DNA of 64,000 nt from Candidatus Latescibacterota bacterium (GTDB lineage: Bacteria > Latescibacterota > UBA2968 > UBA8231). A program made the translations under genes and the position numbers. Positions within the stretch are counted from its first letter, which is position 1. Every line of letters starts with the position of its first letter. The notes under the pieces were generated by a model. It saw only the letters and a program-made list of their open reading frames with translations, was not told the origin of the DNA and searched no databases. Shown in pieces: positions 1-10,126 of the stretch. Location: positions 1,408,001 through 1,472,000 of the forward strand of contig OY730476.1 of NCBI GenBank assembly GCA_963422735.1. Reading direction: 5' to 3'.

Positions 1-225
1 AAAGCGCAGACGAGCCGGGGCCATCCACTGTTCGAGCAGGGTCGGCTTGCCAATCTGGCGGCCTCCGCCCACAGTATAAATGCCCGGCTGGTTGCGCGGC
101 AGGCGGTCGAGAAGGAGAAAGCGATAGATTAGGGGCTGATCGCGCAGGCGCCTGAGGTGCGGGTCGAGGTCGGAAAAGATGCCTTCGAGATGGCTATTGC
201 GAATCTGAAATTCTTCTAAACTCAT
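1..225 (-). CDS. AAA+ ATPase (AAA_14-like), N-terminal part, runs off window; Walker A degenerate
   Basis: Manual translation MSLEEFQIRN...GIYTVGGGRQIGKPTLLEQW; GxRQxGK motif with P where T/S is expected. Confidence 0.6.
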   Translation of the reverse strand, partial: MSLEEFQIRNSHLEGIFSDLDPHLRRLRDQPLIYRFLLLDRLPRNQPGIYTVGGGRQIGKPTLLEQWMAPARLRF

Positions 226-473
226 TAATTACTTATAGTTACGTTTATTGTTAAAATTTAGCCAATGCAAATCAGTAGCGCAATTTTGCGTTTTCCCGGG
301 GCTTTTCTCAATAGAACTGGCCGTCGTCGGCCAAATTAGGAGAAAAATTCTCGATGCCGTTTTGGGCTTGTGATTCATCTGGCTTATCTTTAATGCGTTC
401 TTAGCCGTCGGATAGCATCCTCAAAAAGCAGCTTTAATTTCTGCATCTTCGACCTGAAGGACGAAAAACGCCG

Positions 474-1703
474 ATGACCTTTCTCGAACCCCTCTTCGCC
501 GGCTTGGGCCAGATCCGGGCGCACAAGCTGCGCTCGCTGCTGACGCTGTTGGGCATTGTCATTGGCGTGGCGGCCATCATTGCCGTGGTGTCGCTCGGGG
601 AGGGATTGCGCCGCGAGGTGATTTCGCAGTTCATCTTCAGCGGCGGCGCGGGCATGATCGAGGTGGAGCCGCCGCGCCAGTGGGTGCGCAAGGATGGCCG
701 CTGGGTCCGCCGCTCCTGGCAGGAGCACCTGACCGCGGCCGACATGGCGGCTATGCAGCGGGAAATCGACGAACTGCACACGCTTGTGCCCAGGGTTCAA
801 GGCAGTGCCTCGCTACAGCGCGGCAAGACCACCGTGCAGGCGAGCTATACGGGTACTTCCGCCGCGTTCACCGAGGGCTTCAACTGGCCCTTGACCAGCG
901 GCCGGCCGCTGAGCGCGGACGACTTGCGCCTCGCCCGCAAGGTCTGCCTAATCGGCGGTGATGTGCATAAAGACCTCTTTCAGGAGGCCGACCCGCTGGG
1001 CAAGGAGATCTTGCTCAACGGCGACCGCTATGTGGTCGTTGGCGTGCTCGCCGAGCGCGTCCGCTTTGGCCAAAGCGAGGGCAATCTCGTGCTGGTCCCG
1101 TACACCACGGCCCAAAAGCGGTTGCAGGGCGTGGATTACTTCTCGGAACTCACGCTCTTCGTCGAGGATTTGGAGGCTGTCGAGCGGGTCGTCGAAGCGG
1201 TGCGCCGCGTCCTCCGACGACACCACGAGCACGGCGACGCCTTTGAGGTGGAAACCAGCGAGGGGCAAATAGACAACGCCAATGAGTTCTTCCGCGTCCT
1301 ACAACAAGTAGGCGGTGGGATTGCGGGGATTTCGCTTTTGGTCGGCGGCATTGGCATTATGAACATCTTGCTGGTGTCGGTGGCCGAGCGCACCCGCGAG
1401 ATTGGCATCCGCAAGGCCCTCGGCGCTAAGCCGCGCCACATCCTCGGCCAGTTCCTCGCCGAGGCCGTGGTCTTGAGCATGGTCGGCGGCTTGTTGGGCA
1501 TTCTCAGTGGCTTGGGCTTGGGCTTGGGGGCGGCCTTCGTTATTCAGCAGCTCGCGCCCGGCGCGCCTTTTACCAGCATTGTCTCGGCTGAGTCCGTGCT
1601 GTGGGCCGTCGGCTTTTCATCGGGCGTCGGCATCTTCTTTGGCGTCTATCCCGCCTTTCGCGCTGCCCGGCTCGATCCGGTAGAGGCGCTGCGCCGCTCG
1701 TGA
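474..1703 (+). CDS. MacB/FtsX-family ABC transporter permease
   Basis: KLRSLLTLLGIVIGV and [28 protein letters not shown] signatures; C-terminal LDPVEALR. Confidence 0.95.
   Translation: MTFLEPLFAGLGQIRAHKLRSLLTLLGIVIGVAAIIAVVSLGEGLRREVISQFIFSGGAGMIEVEPPRQWVRKDGRWVRRSWQEHLTAADMAAMQREIDELHTLVPRVQGSASLQRGKTTVQASYTGTSAAFTEGFNWPLTSGRPLSADDLRLARKVCLIGGDVHKDLFQEADPLGKEILLNGDRYVVVGVLAERVRFGQSEGNLVLVPYTTAQKRLQGVDYFSELTLFVEDLEAVERVVEAVRRVLRRHHEHGDAFEVETSEGQIDNANEFFRVLQQVGGGIAGISLLVGGIGIMNILLVSVAERTREIGIRKALGAKPRHILGQFLAEAVVLSMVGGLLGILSGLGLGLGAAFVIQQLAPGAPFTSIVSAESVLWAVGFSSGVGIFFGVYPAFRAARLDPVEALRRS
1314..1426 (+). repeat. 113-bp exact direct repeat, copy 1 (inside permease 1)
   Basis: ggtgggattgcggggatttcg...gccctcggcgc identical to 2537-2649. 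Confidence 0.9.
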
Positions 1704-2923
1704 TCTTCCTCGAATCCATCCGCATTGCTCTCGGGCAAATATGGGTCAACAAGCTGCGCACGGCTCTGACCCTGCTGGGTATGATGATTGGGGTCGGCGC
1801 GGTCGTCGGCATCGTGTCCATTGGCGAGGGGATGCGGCAGTTTGTCATTGACGAGTTCGGCAAGTTAGGCGGGGCCCAGTTCGTAATGGTTACGCCGCAA
1901 TACACGCAGCTCAAGGACGGCCGCTGGGTCCCCAACCCCCGCTATAAGCCCTTGACTATGGACGACCTGCGCGTAGTCGAGCAAGCCTCCGACCGCTTGG
2001 CGGCGGTTCTGCCATCTATGACGAATGGAGCCGATCTGCGCTATCGCAAGGCCAGCTACCAGAGCAGGGCGGCCGGGACCTTACCCGAGTTCGCCGAGGT
2101 ATACAACTGGCAGGTCGCCGAGGGCCGCTTCCTGATCAACGCCGACTTGGACAAGCTGCGCCGGGTCTGCGTGATTGGAGAAAAGGTGCGCGAGGAGGTA
2201 TTTGGCTTGGCCCCCTTCTTGGGCCGCGAGCTCAAGCTCAACGGCCAGCGCTTTACGGTCGTCGGCCTCATGGAGGATCGCCAGACCTTTGGCGAGAACT
2301 GGGGCGATCAAGTGCTGGTGCCAGTGACGACAGCCCAGCGACGCCTCGCCGGCAACAAGTACATCCAAGCCTTGGTAGCCCACGCCAAGGAGCAAGAAGA
2401 CGTACCCCACATTACCGCTGCCATTGAAAAGGCACTCAAAAAGCGCCACGGCCCGGAGGCGAGCTATCAGATCATCAGCGGTCGCAGCATCCTAGAGCAG
2501 GTCGAGCAGACTATTTTGCTGTTGAAGTTGGTCGTGGGTGGGATTGCGGGGATTTCGCTTTTGGTCGGCGGCATTGGCATTATGAACATCTTGCTGGTGT
2601 CGGTGGCCGAGCGCACCCGCGAGATTGGCATCCGCAAGGCCCTCGGCGCCAAGCCGGTGACTTTGTTGTGGCAATTCGTGATAGAGGCGATGGCCCTGAG
2701 CTTGACGGGGGGAGCACTGGGGGTGGCTGCGGGCTATGGGTTGGGCGAGGGCATTGCGCGCGTCATTTCCCATTACAGCGAATTGGACTTTCCCAGCATT
2801 GTCTCGCCGGAGGCCACGCTGCTGGTGCTGGGCCTGTCCATCGCGATTGGCCTTTTCTTTGGCATCTATCCGGCGGCCCGCGCCTCGCGGCTCGATCCGG
2901 TTAATGCTTTGCGCTCGGAGTGA
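1700..2923 (+). CDS. MacB/FtsX-family ABC transporter permease (second paralog)
   Basis: Same signatures; likely GTG start overlapping the previous stop (GTGA). Confidence 0.93.
   Translation: MIFLESIRIALGQIWVNKLRTALTLLGMMIGVGAVVGIVSIGEGMRQFVIDEFGKLGGAQFVMVTPQYTQLKDGRWVPNPRYKPLTMDDLRVVEQASDRLAAVLPSMTNGADLRYRKASYQSRAAGTLPEFAEVYNWQVAEGRFLINADLDKLRRVCVIGEKVREEVFGLAPFLGRELKLNGQRFTVVGLMEDRQTFGENWGDQVLVPVTTAQRRLAGNKYIQALVAHAKEQEDVPHITAAIEKALKKRHGPEASYQIISGRSILEQVEQTILLLKLVVGGIAGISLLVGGIGIMNILLVSVAERTREIGIRKALGAKPVTLLWQFVIEAMALSLTGGALGVAAGYGLGEGIARVISHYSELDFPSIVSPEATLLVLGLSIAIGLFFGIYPAARASRLDPVNALRSE
2537..2649 (+). repeat. 113-bp exact direct repeat, copy 2 (inside permease 2)
   Basis: Identical to 1314-1426. 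Confidence 0.9.
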
Positions 2924-2927
2924 TCTC

Positions 2928-3608
2928 GTGCTGATCGAACTGAATGGCATTAGCAAGGTTTACGTGCGCGGCACCGAAGAGGTGCATGCTCTGCGCTCGG
3001 TGGATTTGGCGATTGAGGCCAACGAATACGTCGCGCTGATGGGTCCTTCTGGCTCGGGTAAATCCACGCTGATGAACATCCTCGGCTGCTTGGATTCGCC
3101 CACGGATGGGACGTACCGCTTGGCCGGCACGGATGTGTCGCGCATGAATGCCAACGAGTTGGCCGAAGCGCGCAACAGCCGCGTCGGCTTCATTTTCCAA
3201 ACCTTCAACTTGCTGCCGCGTGCATCGGCCCTGCAAAACGTCGAGCTGCCGCTGATTTACAACGGCCAACGCCGCAAGGTGCGCCGCGCTCGGGCGATGC
3301 AGGTGCTGGAGCGGGTTGGCTTGGCCGACCGCATGACGCACCGTCCAGCCGAACTGTCTGGCGGGCAATGTCAGCGAGTGGCCATTGCCCGCGCCTTAGC
3401 CAACGGGCCTTCGCTGATCCTCGCCGACGAGCCGACCGGCAACCTCGACTCCCGCACCGGCGAGGAGATCATGATCCTCTTCGACGCCTTGCACGACGAA
3501 GGCAACACCGTGCTCTTGGTGACCCACGATCCCGTTATTGCCCAACAGGCCAAGCGGTTGATCCGCATCCACGATGGCCGCATCGCTTCTGACGAGAAGC
3601 TGGCGTAG
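2928..3608 (+). CDS. ABC transporter ATP-binding protein (LolD/MacB-type)
   Basis: [32 protein letters not shown] motifs. Confidence 0.95.
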   Translation: MLIELNGISKVYVRGTEEVHALRSVDLAIEANEYVALMGPSGSGKSTLMNILGCLDSPTDGTYRLAGTDVSRMNANELAEARNSRVGFIFQTFNLLPRASALQNVELPLIYNGQRRKVRRARAMQVLERVGLADRMTHRPAELSGGQCQRVAIARALANGPSLILADEPTGNLDSRTGEEIMILFDALHDEGNTVLLVTHDPVIAQQAKRLIRIHDGRIASDEKLA

Positions 3609-3654
3609 TTGCGTTTTATCTAAATCAGCGGAGAAATGACTGGATCGGCGACGA

Positions 3655-3850
3655 GGCGGGCACCACGGGCGAGATGGGTGGCCTCTGGCGTTTTCGCAAC
3701 CGGGCACCGCAAGAAATGGTCGGCGTTGGTTTTACCTCCCAAGGCGGAGGCCACAACCGCCCCTATAGACGGCAGCCGGACAGTTTGGACCCTAGGGCGA
3801 CCTTTATCTTTGAGGGCTTAGCCCCCGGGGAATTGATCGGCGACTACCGA
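3655..3850 (+). pseudogene. Internal fragment resembling N,N-dimethylformamidase beta-subunit family
   Basis: GEMGGLWRFRNRAPQEMVGVGFTSQG...PYRRQPDSLDPRATFIFEG...ELIGD recalls that family; no start or remainder. Confidence 0.55.
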
Positions 3851-3854
3851 GAGG

Positions 3855-4190
3855 ATGCACACACGGTTGGGCTCACCCGGGATTTATTCGACGCGGAGGG
3901 GCACTTCAACCAGCCCGGCCCCGGCCTAGAATTATTCGATGAAATGCCCGGGATCCAGTACCGGATATTGGCCGAGCAAGTCCGCGGCTGCGACGCGGCC
4001 ATCTCGGTCGCGTCCCGCTGGAGCGAGCGCTCCCTGGTTGGCAGTGGCCGTGCTCCTCACCGGCGTCGGGTACGACCACATCGATGTCGAAGCCCTGACC
4101 CGGGCCAATGCAATGCTCTGCTCGGTCTCCCACGCTGTGCGCCGGCCCATGGCCTGCACCATCATCACCTTTATTCTATCCTGGCCACGC
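3855..4190 (+). pseudogene. D-2-hydroxyacid dehydrogenase N-terminal fragment, frameshifted
   Basis: VGLTRDLFDAEG... then a second frame GVGYDHIDVEALTRANAMLC...VRRPMA. Confidence 0.65.
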
Positions 4191-4406
4191 GCCTTATCGA
4201 CATCGCATTCGAGGTCGAACAGCGCAAAGAAACGTTGGATGCGACAACTGTAGGATCTCGTTCGACCAAGTATCCGAGGCGACGGAGTACCAGAAGGTGC
4301 TCTATTTCTTTGCAAAGGAGAAGATCAAAAATCCATACCAGCCGTTCGACAGTGCCAAGTATCCACTGCCACCCAGATTAACATTCAAGAGGATTTGCTG
4401 TCAGCA

Positions 4407-5009
4407 ATGTCGTGCAACGAGACCAAGAGGCTCACTGGAAAACAGGGCCAAGAAATTGACTGGCTGAACCTGGAGATAGTTACCCCAAGACTCAGATTGT
4501 TTTCGATCTCGCGCAGACAGGCCGAGGACATATTCAGAGAGTTTACGACAGAAATCACGCGCTACATGGCTCCTTGTCCAAGTGAGTGTATAGATGATAC
4601 GTTCGCATTTATCGACGCTGCTCTTGAGAGAATGAAGACGGGGGACGAATACCAAGCCGTCGTTGTCGAGCGCGATTCAGGAGAGTTCCTTGGTTGTTGC
4701 GGACTTCACGGGGAGGGGAAACCCGAAACGCCCGAACTGGGCATATGGATCAAGAGGAGTGCTCACGGAAACGGTTACGGCAAGGAAGCGATCGTTGGTT
4801 TAAAGCAGTGGGCCGACAGTACTCTGCAGTACGAATATCTCACGTATTCGGTTGATCGACTCAACGAGTCCAGCATAAGGATACCGGAGGATCTCGGTGG
4901 TGAAGTCTTCGATAGAGAGACTTACAAGAAGGCGGATGGAACAACCTTGGAGTTGCTGGTCTATAGAATACTCCCGAAATCCAAACGACCATGGCGGATG
5001 ACTTTGTAG
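4407..5009 (+). CDS. GNAT N-acetyltransferase (RimJ/RimL-like)
   Basis: TPRLRL, FLGCCGLH, ELGIWIKRSAHGNGYGKEA. Confidence 0.88.
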   Translation: MSCNETKRLTGKQGQEIDWLNLEIVTPRLRLFSISRRQAEDIFREFTTEITRYMAPCPSECIDDTFAFIDAALERMKTGDEYQAVVVERDSGEFLGCCGLHGEGKPETPELGIWIKRSAHGNGYGKEAIVGLKQWADSTLQYEYLTYSVDRLNESSIRIPEDLGGEVFDRETYKKADGTTLELLVYRILPKSKRPWRMTL

Positions 5010-5356
5010 ATGCAAGGACATTCATCGACAAAACTGTCGATGTTACTATAGATCGACCTCTTGGCTCCAAACATCCTGAAGCAGGCTTCATCTATCCAGT
5101 CAACTATGGATTTCTCCCAAATGTGCCGGCACCTGACGGAGAAGATATGGACGCCTATATCCTCGGCGTTTTCAAACCGCTAGAGACGTTTACAGGCAAG
5201 TGTATCGCCGTCATTAAACGATCTGACGACAATGATGATAAGCTCATTGTCTCACCTGCCGGCAAGGATTACTCCGACGAGCAGATCCTCGCCTTGACGG
5301 AATTCCAAGAGCAATTTTTCGAGCCGTCCGTAACACGTGAAGCGATCGCCTCGTGA
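4991..5356 (+). CDS. Short family-I inorganic pyrophosphatase-like protein
   Basis: IDRPLGSKHP, YPVNYGF, DGEDMDAY, DDKLIV. Confidence 0.85.
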   Translation: MADDFVDARTFIDKTVDVTIDRPLGSKHPEAGFIYPVNYGFLPNVPAPDGEDMDAYILGVFKPLETFTGKCIAVIKRSDDNDDKLIVSPAGKDYSDEQILALTEFQEQFFEPSVTREAIAS

Positions 5357-5369
5357 AGGCCGCTGGGCG

Positions 5370-5402
5370 GGTTCGCAAACCGGCTACCTGAAAACGTTGG
5401 GA
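5370..5402 (+). repeat. Possible attC right-half remnant
   Basis: ggttcgcaaaccggc...aacGTTGGGA matches the 3' half of the attC-like site at 15764-15843 read on the minus strand (ggttcgcaagccggc...aacgtc). Confidence 0.4.
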
Positions 5403-5446
5403 GGAAACATCGGTGAAACGCACAACCCAGACTAGGAAAGAGACCC

Positions 5447-6109
5447 ATGACATTCAGGATCGCTAATGATCCGGAGACCGATTATCGGGAATTGGTAAGA
5501 ACCGCCTATAACCGGTGTGCGATAAATTACGCAAGACAAAGACGTACTACGGCCAGCACGGAGCTCAACTTAATAACTGAGCATCTAGTACCTGGTTCAA
5601 AGATCCTTGACGTTGGATGTGGTGCGGGTATCCCGGTCGCCCGACATCTTGCAAAGGCGTTCAGCCTTACAGGGATCGACATCTCCTCGGACATGATAGC
5701 TCTGGCCAAGAAAAACGTCCTCACAGCCAAATTCGTCATCGCCGACGTAATGGAGACCGAATTCCCCGCATGTAGCTTCGATGCAATTGTCAGCTTTTAC
5801 GCCATCTTCCATATCCCAAGACAGGAGCATCTAAACCTCTTTCGTCGATTTGCACAGTGGCTTCGGCCCGGTGGCCTCCTTCTGGTTACAGTTGCCAAGA
5901 AAGACGACGGCCCTGGATATACCGAAGACGACTTCTTCGGCGGGACCATGTACTGGAGCAACTTTGGCCCCTCGACCTACAAGAAATTTCTTACTGAGAC
6001 GGGGTTTCAGATTGAACAGGAAGGTATCGTAGGAGGGGGATACGAAAGTGTTGATGCACTGGAGGAGATCCACCCATTTTTCTTTGCTGTCAAAAAAGAG
6101 GGCTTGTAA
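5447..6109 (+). CDS. Class I SAM-dependent methyltransferase
   Basis: ILDVGCGAG, GIDIS, FDAIVS, LRPGG. Confidence 0.92.
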   Translation: MTFRIANDPETDYRELVRTAYNRCAINYARQRRTTASTELNLITEHLVPGSKILDVGCGAGIPVARHLAKAFSLTGIDISSDMIALAKKNVLTAKFVIADVMETEFPACSFDAIVSFYAIFHIPRQEHLNLFRRFAQWLRPGGLLLVTVAKKDDGPGYTEDDFFGGTMYWSNFGPSTYKKFLTETGFQIEQEGIVGGGYESVDALEEIHPFFFAVKKEGL

Positions 6110-6179
6110 ATCGGCAAACGTTGTGAGTTGAACTCATTAGACACAATCGGCGCACTCGTTTATCTGGAAAGGATTACCA

Positions 6180-6593
6180 ATGCCACTAACAGGTCGATGT
6201 CTTTGTGGGGCGATCAGTTATACAAGCGACGCGGAACCCCAATCTGTGACCTATTGCCACTGTGACGACTGCCGTAGGGTCACGGGCAGCGCTTTCAACG
6301 TTGGAGTTGGCGTACCAGCGTCCACATTTCAACTGAGCGGTAAAACCAAGGGATACGAATCTACGAATGACGAGGGCCGCACAAAGATTCGCGAATTCTG
6401 CCCAGAGTGTGGTTCGCAATTGTTCACACGTTACCCCAACACGGTGTTTATCAAGGCGGGCACCCTAGACCATTCTGAAGATTTGCGACCAACTCGGGAA
6501 ATTTGGACCGAAATGGCAGTCTCGTGGTCTAAAATACCTGACGGCCTAGATAAATTTCCCCGTGGGACAAGTTCACAACCCGGCATACGCTAG
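6180..6593 (+). CDS. GFA/CENP-V family Zn-binding protein
   Basis: GRCLCG, CHCDDCRR, FCPECGS. Confidence 0.92.
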   Translation: MPLTGRCLCGAISYTSDAEPQSVTYCHCDDCRRVTGSAFNVGVGVPASTFQLSGKTKGYESTNDEGRTKIREFCPECGSQLFTRYPNTVFIKAGTLDHSEDLRPTREIWTEMAVSWSKIPDGLDKFPRGTSSQPGIR

Positions 6594-6602
6594 AGGGTTC
6601 AG

Positions 6603-6680
6603 ATGAGAATTTCAGTCGTCAGCAGTAGTCTCGATCCCGACAGTCGCAGTAGGGTGCTTGCTACCCGGAGCCGGCCTAGG
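6603..6680 (+). pseudogene. Truncated N-terminus of an NADPH-dependent FMN reductase
   Basis: MRISVVSSSLDPDSRSRVLA after a GAGG RBS, then homology lost. Confidence 0.5.
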
Positions 6681-6809
6681 CGCGCTCAATTTTTAGTTCT
6701 AGACATCGGGCCTGAAGCAGCCCTAGCCTGACTGCTCTGGCCAGAGGATTCTGATCGCCATAGAGTCATATCGTCCCCTGCACATCTCTCCTTACCAGTG
6801 GACTTTGGA

Positions 6810-6962
6810 GCGGGCCTTTACGCGGCTGGACACAGTGGTGGCGACCGGCTTTTCCCAAATCGCGTACCTGTCCGGGCCTATCGAATAGCCAGTCGATCGG
6901 CTTGCCCAAGTCGGCACTGTCGTGCGGTTTAAACAGCAGACCGTTGCTGCCGGTTACTGATC
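6810..6962 (-). pseudogene. Glycosyltransferase (GT4-like) C-terminal fragment
   Basis: VTGSNGLLFKPHDSADLGKPIDWLFDRPGQVRDLGKAGR. Confidence 0.5.
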
Positions 6963-7185
6963 GGCAAAGAGCAGATTAAGACGGTGTGTCAAAAGACGTT
7001 TGGCTATCTTGCGTCCTCCGCAGAAAATAGCGTTATTAAAAAATCAATGAGCACATTCGAACATCAGAGTGGCTCTAGCTCTGATGTTTTTCTATGCCTA
7101 CCTGTCGTTTCAACTGCCTAGATGCCCAAGTAGGAACGGTATGACTACCTCGCAGATCGGAATTGGTTGCGAACGGCTTTTCCGC

Positions 7186-7620
7186 ATGGATCAAACTGGG
7201 AAATCTGATTCTGTTAAGCAGAGGCCTGACTGCGACTATAGTCTCATCTGGTATCATGGCTCTCAGAAAGAGCTGACGAAACTTCGAGTCGGAAGTTCGA
7301 TCACACAGGACAAAAATGTGGCGAAAGCGTTCTCTCACAGGCCTTCACTTGTTTCTATGTCTGACGAAGGTGAGATTAAGCACAACGGCGTGACACCTGG
7401 TTATCTCTACGCCGTTTCCGATGGCATGGGTCCCGACGATGTGCATCCTCATCCCCATCCAGTAAATGCCACTCGCTGGGAGTGGCTGACCAACCGGGAA
7501 TTGAAGCTGGAACTCATCGAACAGACTATCGCAACGGACAAAGAACGGCTGACAGACGAAGAAATCGCAGAGATAAGGCAGAAACAAAAGGAAAGGGGCG
7601 CGGAGTCATTCGCTGAGTGA
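7186..7620 (+). CDS. Hypothetical protein, possible ADP-ribosyltransferase fold
   Basis: WYHGS...GYLYAV...EWLT pattern; start inferred at ATG 7186. Confidence 0.6.
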   Translation: MDQTGKSDSVKQRPDCDYSLIWYHGSQKELTKLRVGSSITQDKNVAKAFSHRPSLVSMSDEGEIKHNGVTPGYLYAVSDGMGPDDVHPHPHPVNATRWEWLTNRELKLELIEQTIATDKERLTDEEIAEIRQKQKERGAESFAE

Positions 7621-7625
7621 TCAGT

Positions 7626-8405
7626 ATGCTGATAATCGACGCGCATTGCCACGCCGGAAGCAACTGGTTCGAGCCCATCGAGACACTTGAGTTCGAGATG
7701 AACCGCAACGGCGTCGCCAAGGCCGTACTCATCCAACACGGCGGAACATACGACAACTCCTACCTCTTCGAGGAAGCCACCAAGCGACCGGGCCGGTTCA
7801 AAGTTGCGGTCCTCGTGGATCCCGAGTCCCGCGATCCACTCGGCGATCTTGCGCGGCTTGCAGAGCAGGGGGCCGCCGGCGTTCGCATGGCCCCGGATGG
7901 CCAGTTTGCCAACGCTGGTCCTTACGACATCTGGCGCAGAGCCGGCGAACTCGGCCTCGTAGTCTCAAGCATCGGCAAGGCATCCCAGTTCGCTGCCGCC
8001 AGCTTCTCGCGCGTGCTCGAGGCTTGCCCCGACACGCACGTCATCCTCGAACACCTCGCAGGAGTGGGCCTTGCCGAGCCGCCCTATGCCGATTACGCCA
8101 AGGCCCTGCGACACGGCCAGCGCGACAACACCAGCATCAAAGTCCCCGGCTTGGGCGAAATCTGCGCCCGCCCGCCGCGCCTTCTTCCCGAACTCGAATT
8201 CGGCTGCGTGCCGCCACTTTTCGAGATGGCCAAAGACGCGTTCGGAGTGCAACGCATGATGTGGGGCAGCGACTTCCCGCCCAGTGCTGGCAGAGAGGGC
8301 TACGCCAATGCGCTGCGCGGTGTCCTCAAGCATCCAGCCTTTGCCGACGGCGATGATATCGAGTGGGTCATGGGAAAGACCGCGGCGCGTGTGTGGGGAT
8401 TCTAA
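7626..8405 (+). CDS. Amidohydrolase 2 family (sugar lactonase-like)
   Basis: IIDAHCH, ILEHLA, RMMWGSDFP. Confidence 0.9.
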   Translation: MLIIDAHCHAGSNWFEPIETLEFEMNRNGVAKAVLIQHGGTYDNSYLFEEATKRPGRFKVAVLVDPESRDPLGDLARLAEQGAAGVRMAPDGQFANAGPYDIWRRAGELGLVVSSIGKASQFAAASFSRVLEACPDTHVILEHLAGVGLAEPPYADYAKALRHGQRDNTSIKVPGLGEICARPPRLLPELEFGCVPPLFEMAKDAFGVQRMMWGSDFPPSAGREGYANALRGVLKHPAFADGDDIEWVMGKTAARVWGF

Positions 8406-8459
8406 GGATTGGAGCACTGCGGAAAAATCTAACTTCTCGGCGGGAAATAGCAGAGCGGA

Positions 8460-9083
8460 ATGGCCAAAGAAAAAAAGAAAACCGAGCGCCATGCGTATGG
8501 CATCACGGTGCTCAAAACCGCTGATCCCCGGGTGCGCACCCAAAAAAAGAAGCACGAACCCTGCATCCACGGCAACAAATTCTGGAGTTCGAGTTGGTGC
8601 GTGATGGACTTCCTCTCGCACCAAGGCTTGCCGCCAAAGACTCGGGTTTTGGATATAGGCTGCGGTTGGGGCCTCGCCGGGATATACTGCGCCAAAAACC
8701 ACGGTGCCAACGTCACGGGAATGGACGCGGATGCGGCGGTCTTTCCCTACTTGCAGTTACACGCCCAGATCAACGGAGTCGAGATAGAGACTTGGTGCTG
8801 TAAGTTCGAGAAGATAAAAAAGAAAGACCTGCGACAAACCAACCTGATCATCGGGGCCGACATTTGCTTCTGGGACGAAATGGTCAAGCCGCTCTACAAG
8901 CTGATCAAAAAGGCAGTCGAGGTCGAGGTCGGGCAGATCATCATCGCCGATCCAGGCCGACCACCCTTTCACGAGCTGAGCGAGAAGATCGTCGATAAGC
9001 TCGGCGGCGAGCTCAAGGAGTGGGAAATCAACGGCGAGGTAAAAGCCGACGCGTACTTGCTCATCGCGGGTACGCTGCCTTAG
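8460..9083 (+). CDS. SAM-dependent methyltransferase (Methyltransf_16-like)
   Basis: HGNKFWSSS, VLDIGCGWG, IIGADICF, IIADPGR. Confidence 0.88.
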   Translation: MAKEKKKTERHAYGITVLKTADPRVRTQKKKHEPCIHGNKFWSSSWCVMDFLSHQGLPPKTRVLDIGCGWGLAGIYCAKNHGANVTGMDADAAVFPYLQLHAQINGVEIETWCCKFEKIKKKDLRQTNLIIGADICFWDEMVKPLYKLIKKAVEVEVGQIIIADPGRPPFHELSEKIVDKLGGELKEWEINGEVKADAYLLIAGTLP

Positions 9084-9090
9084 GGATTGC

Positions 9091-10044
9091 TCAAAACCAA
9101 TTTTCTTTATCCACCACATTCACCAACGCCGCACCGCGGGCAAAGCGCTGGCAATTTTCCACCAGCAGGTCGCGCCGGCGCTCGTCTAAATAAGGGCCGG
9201 CCGCGGCCACGTGCGGGGTCATCAGGAAATTCGGGGCCGTCCACAGCGGGTGCTCCGGCGGCAGTGGCTCCTCCTCAAACACATCTAGGCCGGCACCGGC
9301 GATCTGGCCCTCGCGCAGGGCCTGGTCTAGGTCGGCTAACTTGACGTTCGCGCCGCGACCAATGTTGACGAAGTACGCGCTGGCTTTCATCTGCTCGAAC
9401 TGGGCGCTGGTGAAAAGGCCCTCGGTCTGCGGCGTCTGCGGCGCGGTGACTAAGACGAAATCCGCCCTCGGCAGGAGCTGGTCAAGTGCGTCCGGGCGAT
9501 GTAACTCGTCAACGCCCGGCGGCGACTCAACGCGGGGGTCAATGCCAATGGTCGTCATGCCCCAACTCTTGCACTGGAGCGCGGTTTCTGCGCCAATCCC
9601 GCCGACGCCGACGATCAGCGCGGTGGCTTCGGGCAGGTAGGTCGCAGGACTCGACTCGACTCCGCTGCGCCAATGGCCGGCGAACTGGTCGCGGAAGTAG
9701 TGGTGCATGCCGCGCGAAAGCGCGAGCACAAAGGCCATGATATGGGCCGAGATATGATCGTTGAAGATGCCGCGGAAATTGGTCACAACCACGTCGCTAG
9801 CGATGAGTTCCGGGAAATAATACCCCTTGGGCGGGCCAGCGGCTGGGGCGGCCAACCACTTGAGTTGGGTGGCCGCAGCCAACAGCTCTGGGTCCAAGGT
9901 GCCGAAACAGGCCTGAGCAGTGGGAAGAGCAGTGAGGGCTTCGGCGCGGCTTGTGCAGTGGACAATCTCCATCGCGGGGACAGCTTCGGACATGGCAACG
10001 GCTAGCTCGCTGGCAGGTGACAAAAAGACGAATTTGAAAGACAT
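9091..10044 (-). CDS. D-2-hydroxyacid dehydrogenase
   Basis: GVGGIG, NIGRG, LDVFEEEPLP, TPHVA. Confidence 0.93.
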   Translation of the reverse strand: MSFKFVFLSPASELAVAMSEAVPAMEIVHCTSRAEALTALPTAQACFGTLDPELLAAATQLKWLAAPAAGPPKGYYFPELIASDVVVTNFRGIFNDHISAHIMAFVLALSRGMHHYFRDQFAGHWRSGVESSPATYLPEATALIVGVGGIGAETALQCKSWGMTTIGIDPRVESPPGVDELHRPDALDQLLPRADFVLVTAPQTPQTEGLFTSAQFEQMKASAYFVNIGRGANVKLADLDQALREGQIAGAGLDVFEEEPLPPEHPLWTAPNFLMTPHVAAAGPYLDERRRDLLVENCQRFARGAALVNVVDKENWF

Positions 10045-10126
10045 GGGACTCCTTTCGCTGGTGAGGGCCTCTAAATTTAGCTAATCTTCGCATCGGACGC
10101 CTCTATGCGTATATTCTCGCAACATT

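Noticed and set aside
1314-2649. Diversity-generating retroelement TR/VR pair
   Set aside because: Copies are identical with no adenine-specific mismatches, and no reverse transcriptase is present.
3674-4381. 235-aa novel fusion protein
   Set aside because: Homologous segments switch frames; it is a chain of remnants.
5432-5440. CTAGGAAAG as a MITE right end
   Set aside because: Not followed by TCCG; better explained as the RBS of the next gene.
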